From Alphaproteobacteria bacterium (GTDB lineage Bacteria; Pseudomonadota; Alphaproteobacteria; JAAXGF01), in the NCBI GenBank assembly GCA_963555825.3, contig CAUVXB020000002.1, positions 3,072,001-3,136,000 of the forward strand: 64,000 nt of DNA, read 5' to 3'. Positions within the stretch are counted from its first letter, which is position 1; each line of letters begins with the position of its first letter. The notes under the pieces were generated by a model. The model made no database searches. It saw only the letters and a program-made list of their open reading frames with translations, and was not told where the DNA came from. Of the stretch, positions 57,769-64,000 are shown piece by piece. Position numbers and translations under genes: made by a program.

Positions 57769-58155
57769 ATGCCGATCATGTCGAGCCCCACGCGCGCCGA
57801 CCGCCGGGTCATCGCCACCGGCGACGCCGCCTTCGTCCCCTTCGACCGCTATGGCGACCCGATACCCAAGCTGTCGTGGCTGTCGATCAGCTACGACGCC
57901 GAGAGCGGCCAGGGCTGCTTCCTCATCCGTTTCGAGCCGGGCGGCCGGTCGCTGCCGCACGAGCACACCGGCTACGAGGAGTTCGTCGTGCTCGAGGGCG
58001 CTTTGATCGACAATGACGGCGCTGTGTTCCGGACCGGCGATTTCGTCAGCTTCGAGCCCGGTTCGCGCCACGCTTCGCACGCGCCGGACGGCTGCCTCCT
58101 GGCGGTCTTCATGCGCGGCATCAACCGCCCGCTCGAAGCAGGCGAGGACATGTGA
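57769..58155 (+). CDS. ChrR-like cupin protein
   Basis: LIRFEPGG..PHEHTGYEEFVVLEG..GDFV..PGSRH...DGC. Confidence 0.85.
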   Translation: MPIMSSPTRADRRVIATGDAAFVPFDRYGDPIPKLSWLSISYDAESGQGCFLIRFEPGGRSLPHEHTGYEEFVVLEGALIDNDGAVFRTGDFVSFEPGSRHASHAPDGCLLAVFMRGINRPLEAGEDM

Positions 58156-58260
58156 CCGGCCGGCCGCCGGCTCGGCCGCATGATCGGCTGGCCTCGACGT
58201 TGCGGCTCTTCGTCGTATCATGGTCCCGCGCATTGGTCCGAATCGTCGGAGGACACGACC

Positions 58261-58659
58261 ATCAACGAAGCCACGGTCGAGGCCCAGTCCCGCTGGGGTA
58301 TCGATAACGACTACGGCCCCCTGCGCGACGTGCTCTTGGGGCGCCCCGAATACTTTCGCTGGATTGACGCCGGCCGGATCACCCGGCGCACCCTCAAGAA
58401 CGCCGAGAAAATGGGCGTCGAGTTTGACTTGCGGGAGGCCATGGCCCAGCACGCCGAAATGGTGCGAATTTACGAGGGCGCCGGCGTCAATCTGGCGTCG
58501 CTTGGCAACAAGCGGGTGCTGTCCATGAAGGGCGGCGTCACGCTCAACCGGAAACTTCGCGATCTGGGGTTCGAGGTCTACGATCCGGATATGTCCATGT
58601 TCACCCTGGGCGGCGGCGTCCATTGCCTCTGCCAGTCGCTTTGCCGCGATCCGGCGTGA
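58261..58659 (+). pseudogene. Amidinotransferase/DDAH-family gene with a large internal deletion
   Basis: N-terminal WGIDNDYGPLRDVLLG..AMAQH..GAGV is joined directly to C-terminal NLASLG..GGGVHCLCQSL; the central catalytic Asp/His segments are absent. Confidence 0.8.
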
Positions 58660-58712
58660 CCGGCGGGTCCGGTCCGAGGCCGGCCGCGCAATAACGAGTC
58701 GAGGCAGACCCC

Positions 58713-59585
58713 TTGGAACTCACCGTCGCCGCGCTGGTGCTCGTTTCGGCGGCATTGCATCCGATCTGGAACGCCATCGCCAAGGACGACGATCATCCGG
58801 AATGGATCTTCTTCTCGCTGTTGTGTGTGACCACGACGATCGCCGGCAGCCATGCACTGTTGGTCGGCGAGGATCTCATGTCGTTCATGCGCGCCTGGCC
58901 GTTCCCGCTGATCAGCGGCGGCGGCTTGTTGCTCTATGGCGTCGCGTTGGTGCTGACGCTCAGGCGCGGCGAGCTTTCGGTCTACTACCCGATCGTCCGC
59001 GCCTCGCCGTTGTTCATCGTCTTCGTCGGTTTCTTCTTCCTCGGCGAACGCTATGGCGCGACGCTGCTCGCCGGCATTGCGCTGGTGCTGGTCGGCGCAT
59101 TCTTCCTGCAGTACCGGCGCGGCGCACGGCTGCTCGACGACCCGCTCACGCTGACGCTCGCGGCGCTGGCGATGGTCGGCTCGGGCATCTTTTCGATCGC
59201 CGACTGGCACGGCGTGCAGCGCGTCGCGCCGATGCTGATGTTCTTCTGGTCGACGCTGCTCAGCGTGCCATTCTTCGCCGCATTTCTCTGGTACCTCCAT
59301 CGAGGCCGCGACGATGCCGCCTGGCACCGGTTCCTGGTCGGCTGGAAGACGCGGCCGCTGCGCCACCTCGCCGTCGGCGTGCTCGCCTACGCGTCCTATT
59401 TCCTGCTGCTCAGCGCCTATCACATGGGCGGCAATGTCGCCGCGGTGACCTCGGTGCGTCAGGCCTCGATCCCGATCTCGGTGCTGATCGGCGGCATCTT
59501 CCTGAAAGAGGCTGGCATGGCGCCGCGCATCGCCTGGTCGCTGGTGCTGACGGCCGGCATCGTGATCATCATCGTGGCGCGTTAG
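58713..59585 (+). CDS. EamA/DMT-family transporter
   Basis: About 10 TM segments; SAALHPIWNAIAK, GELSVYYPIVR, VRQASI..LKE. Confidence 0.88.
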   Translation: MELTVAALVLVSAALHPIWNAIAKDDDHPEWIFFSLLCVTTTIAGSHALLVGEDLMSFMRAWPFPLISGGGLLLYGVALVLTLRRGELSVYYPIVRASPLFIVFVGFFFLGERYGATLLAGIALVLVGAFFLQYRRGARLLDDPLTLTLAALAMVGSGIFSIADWHGVQRVAPMLMFFWSTLLSVPFFAAFLWYLHRGRDDAAWHRFLVGWKTRPLRHLAVGVLAYASYFLLLSAYHMGGNVAAVTSVRQASIPISVLIGGIFLKEAGMAPRIAWSLVLTAGIVIIIVAR

Positions 59586-59588
59586 CTT

Positions 59589-59718
59589 TTTGTGCGGTCA
59601 TCTTCGCTGCGCGATTATGACCTGCGCTCAATCGCCGCGCATGCCAATCTTATGGAATCAAAGCTGGCCGAACGGTCGGCGCCCCCCTCTTGTCCCAATA
59701 AGACTGGCGCGGGCTGGT
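59589..59718. repeat. Dispersed structured repeat, copy B
   Basis: Shares TTTGTGCGGTCATCTT, TGACCTGCGCTCAATCGCCGCGC and GCCGAACGGTCGGCG..CCCCCCTCTTGTCCCAATAAGACTGGCGC with 26738-26852. Confidence 0.88.
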
Positions 59719-59741
59719 GTGATTGGACCGATCCCAGAATT

Positions 59742-59804
59742 AACGGGGTCAGACTCCGTTATTATTGATTGATAACAACATAGAAAACGGAGTCTGACCC
59801 CGTT
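59742..59804. repeat. GGGGTCAGA-type palindromic element, second copy
   Basis: Perfect 19-bp IR AACGGGGTCAGACTCCGTT / AACGGAGTCTGACCCCGTT with a 25-nt AT-rich spacer. Confidence 0.85.
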
Positions 59805-59929
59805 TAATGGGATCGTATCTTGGAGCGCCGTACATACCCGGTCCTGGTCGTCGGGGTCGACGGCGCGCCCGGCGATCGAGCACGGCGCACTGTCACGGCG
59901 CGACGGCGACCGCAGAATGACACCGCCGC

Positions 59930-60757
59930 TCACATCAAGAGGCCGCCGCCGACGACGAGGACCTGGCCCGAGATGTAGTCGGATTCGGGCGTGCACATCA
60001 GATAGACCGCGCCGGCGGCGTCTTCGGGCGTGCCAGCGCGGCCGAGCGGGATGGTCGCATTCAGCGCCTCGAGCCGGTCGCGCTGGATGCCGACCCGGAT
60101 GGCGCGTCCGGCGACGTCGATTTCGGCCGCCTCGCCGTCGAGCGGCTGGGTAAGCCGCGATTCGATGAGCGCGAATGCGACGCAGTTGACGTTGACGTTG
60201 TAGCGCCCCCATTCCTTGCACATGCTGCGCGTCAGCCCGATCAGGCCGGCCTTGGCGGCGCCATAGCTCGCCTGGCCGGCGTTGCCGTAGAGCCCCGAGA
60301 TCGACGAGATGTTGACCACCTTGCGATGCACCGGCCGGCCCTGCGCGATCTCTTCCTTGGCGGCGCCGCGGATGAATTCCGCCGCCGCGCGCATGATCTT
60401 GAACGGCGCCGTCAAATGCACGTCGATCATCGCCTGCCACTGCGCGTCGGACGTCTTCTGGATGACGCTGTCCCAAGTGTAGCCAGCATTGTTGACGATG
60501 ATGTCGATGGCGCCGTAGGCATCCAGCGCCGTCGCGACGAAGCGGTCCGGGAAGTCGTCGGCCGTGACGTCGCCGTTGCAGGCGACCGCCGCACCGCCCG
60601 CGGCGGTAATCGCGGCGACCGTCTCGGCGGCCGGCCCCTCGTCGAGGTCGTTGACCACTAGCCTGGCGCCCTCGGCGGCCAGCTTGAGCGCGATGGCGCG
60701 GCCGATGCCGCGCCCCGAGCCGCTGACCAGCGCGGCCTTGCCGTCCAGTTTCGTCAT
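59930..60757 (-). CDS. SDR, FabG-like 3-oxoacyl reductase
   Basis: SGSGRGIG, NNAGYTWD, GNAGQASYGAAK. Confidence 0.9.
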   Translation of the reverse strand: MTKLDGKAALVSGSGRGIGRAIALKLAAEGARLVVNDLDEGPAAETVAAITAAGGAAVACNGDVTADDFPDRFVATALDAYGAIDIIVNNAGYTWDSVIQKTSDAQWQAMIDVHLTAPFKIMRAAAEFIRGAAKEEIAQGRPVHRKVVNISSISGLYGNAGQASYGAAKAGLIGLTRSMCKEWGRYNVNVNCVAFALIESRLTQPLDGEAAEIDVAGRAIRVGIQRDRLEALNATIPLGRAGTPEDAAGAVYLMCTPESDYISGQVLVVGGGLLM

Positions 60758-60772
60758 GATATATCCTTGGTA

Positions 60773-61906
60773 TTAGTCGCGCGACAGGTGCTTCTTTGGG
60801 TCGAAGAATGGTTTCTCGACGACCACCGCGCGGCGCGGCCCGTCGGGCGGCGCAACCTCGATCTCGGTGCCGAGCGCGCTGTGGGCGAGGTCGAGCATGG
60901 CGAAGCCGATGTTCTTCTCGAGCCGGGGCAAATAGACGCACGACGTGACATGGCCGATCGCCGTAGCGCCACGCGTCGCCGGCCAACGGTAATCGTTGTA
61001 GTGCAGCGGTGCGCCATCGACCTCGATGCCGACGAGCTTGCGCGTGACGCCCTCGGCCGCGATGCGCCGGAGCGCCGCCTTGCCGATGAAGTCGTTCTCC
61101 TGGTCGAGATCGACGAGCCGGCCGAGCCCGACCTCGAAGGGATTGGTGGCGGCGTCGATGTCGACCGAGTAGTCGTAGATACCGGCCTCGATGCGGCGGA
61201 TGCGCGACGGGCAGCCGGGCGCTATGCCGTGGGCCGAGCCGGCCGCCATGATGGCCTCCCACAACTCGTCGGCGCGGGCCGTGTCGCGCAGGTAGATCTC
61301 GTAGCCGAGCTCGGCGCTCCAGCCGGTGCGCGCGACGACCAGCGGCATGCCGTCGAGCGCGGTCTCGACGAGGTCGTAATAGGCGAGCTCGGCGACGTCC
61401 GCGCCGAACAGCGCGACCGCGACGTCGCGCGACTTCGGGCCCTGCAGCTGCAGCGTGCCGACGTCGGGCTCGCGCACTTCGACGTCCATGCCGGCGAACA
61501 CCGCGACGCCCTGGGCCCACATCAGGATGTCCGAATCGGCGCGCGACAGCCAGAAACGGTTCTCCTCGAGGCGCAGCAGCACCGGGTCGTTGAGGATGCC
61601 GCCATCGGGCGCCGTCACGACGACGTATTTGCACTGGCCCACGGCGCATTTGTTCAGGTCGCGGGGCACAAGCAGGTTGGCGAAGGCGAAACCGTCGGGA
61701 CCGCTGATCTCGACGATGCGCTGCCCGGCGACGTCCCACAACGCAACGCCGTCGACGAGCTGCCAGAATTCGGTCTCGGGATCCGTGAACCCCATCGGCA
61801 GATAGGTCTTGTTGTAGATGCTGAAGCCCTTGACGCCGTGGCGCACGGTCGCTTCGTAAAAGGGCGAGCGCCGGAATCGCGGGCTGAGAACGAATTCTGT
61901 CGACAC
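60773..61906 (-). CDS. GcvT-family THF-dependent demethylase, DmdA-like
   Basis: RRSPFY, YNKTYLP, LWDVAGQR, NDPVLL, ADSD, RTGWSAELGYEIY, RRIEAG. Confidence 0.85.
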   Translation of the reverse strand: MSTEFVLSPRFRRSPFYEATVRHGVKGFSIYNKTYLPMGFTDPETEFWQLVDGVALWDVAGQRIVEISGPDGFAFANLLVPRDLNKCAVGQCKYVVVTAPDGGILNDPVLLRLEENRFWLSRADSDILMWAQGVAVFAGMDVEVREPDVGTLQLQGPKSRDVAVALFGADVAELAYYDLVETALDGMPLVVARTGWSAELGYEIYLRDTARADELWEAIMAAGSAHGIAPGCPSRIRRIEAGIYDYSVDIDAATNPFEVGLGRLVDLDQENDFIGKAALRRIAAEGVTRKLVGIEVDGAPLHYNDYRWPATRGATAIGHVTSCVYLPRLEKNIGFAMLDLAHSALGTEIEVAPPDGPRRAVVVEKPFFDPKKHLSRD

Positions 61907-61918
61907 GTGCGTCGGCCG

Positions 61919-63703
61919 CTAGACGTCGTCGTCGCCGAGCGCCGCGAGTGTCGCGGCGCCGCTGGTGATCGGCCCGAGCAGTGCTTCGGCCTGGGGCAGC
62001 AGGCGGTCGATGTAGAAGCGCGCGGTGGCCTGTTTGGTCCGGTAGAAGGTATCGCCGGCGTTGCTCTCGGCGAGGCGTTCGCCGGCGACGATCGCCGCCT
62101 CGGCCATCATCTGGCCGCATGCGACGAGGCCCAGCATGCGCAGATAATCGGTCGCCCCGGCGGCGGCGCTTTCCGGGTCGTGGCCCCAGGTCTCGCGCAG
62201 CCAGCGCGTCGCGCTCTCGAGCGCCGTCGCGGCGCTGCCGAGCGGGCCCGCGAAGCCGGTCAGTCCATCGCCGGCCACCTCGACGCGCGCCGTCGTGTCG
62301 GCGAGACGGGCGAGGAACTCGCCGATCGCGCGGCCGTCGTCGGCCATCAGCTTGCGGCGCGCCAGGTCGAGCGCCTGGATGCCGTTGGCGCCCTCGTAGA
62401 TCATCACGATGCGCGCGTCGCGCAGGTCCTGCGCCGCGCCGGTCTCCTCGATATAGCCCATGCCGCCGTGCACCTGGACGCCGAGCGACGCGACCTCGAA
62501 ACCGGTATCGCCGCAATAGGCCTTGATGACCGGCGTCAGCAGCCCGACGCGGCGCGCGCTGGCGGCGCGCGTCTCGGCGTCCGCGTGGCGCCGGGCGACG
62601 TCGCCCTCGGCGGCGACGTGGCAGGCCAGCGCGCGCATCGCCTCGATCTGCGCCTTCATGATCATCAGCATGCGACGCACGTCGGGGTGGTCGATCAGCC
62701 GCGCCGGTTTGCCGTCGCCGAGCCGCGTCCCCTGGCGCCGCTCGACGGCATAGGCACGGGCCCGTTGATAGGCGCGCTCGGCGACCGCGACGCCCTGCAG
62801 CCCGACCGCCAGCCGGGCCTCGTTCATCATCGTGAACATGCAGGCGATGCCGTGGTTTTCCTCACCCACCAGATAGCCAACGGCGCCGTCGCCCTCGCCG
62901 AACGCCAGGGTGCAGGTCGGGCTCGCCTGAATGCCCAGCTTGTGCTCGATCGAGAGCAGCTTGATGTCGTTGTGCACGCCGAGCGCGCCGTCGGCGCCGA
63001 CCATTACCTTGGGCACCAGGAAGAGCGACACGCCGCGCGAGCCGGCCGGCGCGCCCGCCGTGCGCGCGAGAACCATGTAGACGATGTTCTCGGCCATGTC
63101 GTGGTCGCCGTACGTGACGAAGATCTTGGTTCCCTTCAGGCGGTAATGATCGCCGTTTCGCACGGCGCGCGTGGTCAGCGCGCCGACGTCCGAGCCGGCC
63201 TGCGGCTCGGTCATGCACATGGCGCCCGACCATTCGCCCGACACCAGCTTGGCCAGATAGGCCGCCTTCTGGTCGTCGGAGCCATGCGCGGCGAGCAGGG
63301 CGATGGCGCTCTGGGTCAACAGCGGGCACAGCGCGAAGGACATGTTGGCCGCGTCCCACATCTCGGCGAGCACGGTGGCCACGGCGTTGGGCAGCCCCTG
63401 GCCGTCGTATGCCGGGTCGGCGGCGACGCCGTTCCAGCCACCCGCGACGAACCGGCGATAGGCGTCGGCGAAGCCGTCGGGCATGCGCACGACGCCGTTC
63501 GCGAGGCGCGCGCCGGCCAGATCGCCCGGCCGGTTGAGCGGCGCCAGCACGCGGCCGGCAAACTTGGCGGCCTCGTCGAGCACGCGGTCGATGTCGCCGG
63601 CCTCAAGCGCGCCGTTGCCGCCGAGCCCGGTCAGCGTGGCGGCGTCGACCAGCTCGTGCAGCACGAAGCGCATGTCGGCGAGTGGTGCATCGTAGCCCGT
63701 CAT
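61919..63703 (-). CDS. Acyl-CoA dehydrogenase, DmdC-like long type
   Basis: YDAPLADMRFVL, MCMTEPQAGSDVG, GTKIFVTYGDHD, EHKLGI, MMNEARL, HGGMGYIEE, IYEG. Confidence 0.9.
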   Translation of the reverse strand: MTGYDAPLADMRFVLHELVDAATLTGLGGNGALEAGDIDRVLDEAAKFAGRVLAPLNRPGDLAGARLANGVVRMPDGFADAYRRFVAGGWNGVAADPAYDGQGLPNAVATVLAEMWDAANMSFALCPLLTQSAIALLAAHGSDDQKAAYLAKLVSGEWSGAMCMTEPQAGSDVGALTTRAVRNGDHYRLKGTKIFVTYGDHDMAENIVYMVLARTAGAPAGSRGVSLFLVPKVMVGADGALGVHNDIKLLSIEHKLGIQASPTCTLAFGEGDGAVGYLVGEENHGIACMFTMMNEARLAVGLQGVAVAERAYQRARAYAVERRQGTRLGDGKPARLIDHPDVRRMLMIMKAQIEAMRALACHVAAEGDVARRHADAETRAASARRVGLLTPVIKAYCGDTGFEVASLGVQVHGGMGYIEETGAAQDLRDARIVMIYEGANGIQALDLARRKLMADDGRAIGEFLARLADTTARVEVAGDGLTGFAGPLGSAATALESATRWLRETWGHDPESAAAGATDYLRMLGLVACGQMMAEAAIVAGERLAESNAGDTFYRTKQATARFYIDRLLPQAEALLGPITSGAATLAALGDDDV

Positions 63704-63711
63704 CCGTCCCC

Positions 63712-63981
63712 CTAGTGGATAGAATCCATCATATGGTGCCCATACGATCCCATATCCCGGTTTCTCGGCAGGCGAGCGCCCGCCGGCGATGCCTTTGCAT
63801 CGGCAAGGGTGTTCGACGCCCCGAGAAGCCGGGATATGGGACCCGCAGGGCGGCGTCCCAAGGCCGCCGGACGCGTTGCCCGATGCTTGTGATGCTCCAG
63901 CATCACCGCACATCGGGCGCCTTTCCGGGCGACCTTGGGACGCCGTCGTATGGGCACCATATGTTGGATTCTATCCACTAG
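63712..63981. mobile_element. 270-bp MITE with CTAG ends
   Basis: 36-bp terminal IRs CTAGTGGATAGAATCCA(T/A)CATATGGTGCCCATACGA with 1 mismatch; two internal long hairpins; no transposase. Confidence 0.85.
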
Positions 63982-64000
63982 ACGACCTTGCCCGGATTCA

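Noticed and set aside
60773-61906. Assigning the symbols dmdA or gcvT
   Set aside because: Family membership is clear but the motifs look like a paralogous clade and there is no gcvH/gcvP; a phylogeny is needed.
60767-63715. 982-aa plus-strand ORF, and the 952-aa alternative-frame ORF at 59658-62516
   Set aside because: They overlap well-supported acyl-CoA dehydrogenase, GcvT-like and SDR genes and have Arg/Ala-rich shadow composition.

Overview
A GC-rich chromosomal window that looks alphaproteobacterial (Rhodospirillales-like and probably marine; this is inferred from gene content). I found no rRNA, tRNA or CRISPR array. Content from left to right: LysR / TAXI-TRAP / Usp / MmgE-PrpD operon; D-amino-acid dehydrogenase; a MetR-like LysR divergent from an unannotated DUF1127-like small gene; gdhA; extended PagL-like deacylase; O-methyltransferase; PuuB-like oxidase; Sel1-repeat/PG-binding protein; alkA; an acetolactate synthase split by an ISKra4-type IS; a Dpp/Opp ABC transporter with a circularly permuted, amber-interrupted binding protein; MFP-RND-protease; HDAC-xseB-ispA-tlyA with dxs missing; cNMP-domain Na+/H+ antiporter; creatinase-like M24 protein; an uncharacterised ECF sigma / ZAS anti-sigma-vWA / ~1020-aa membrane protein cassette (best candidate for an undescribed system); Tat-exported intradiol dioxygenase; soeABC with tauE; short MetE-like protein; GS-like and amine genes; and a DmdC-like/DmdA-like/SDR cluster. 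Intergenic spaces carry several families of small palindromic or MITE-like elements. At least seven genes carry lesions, consistent with early genome decay or with assembly error. All calls come from reading motifs by eye; no searches were run.
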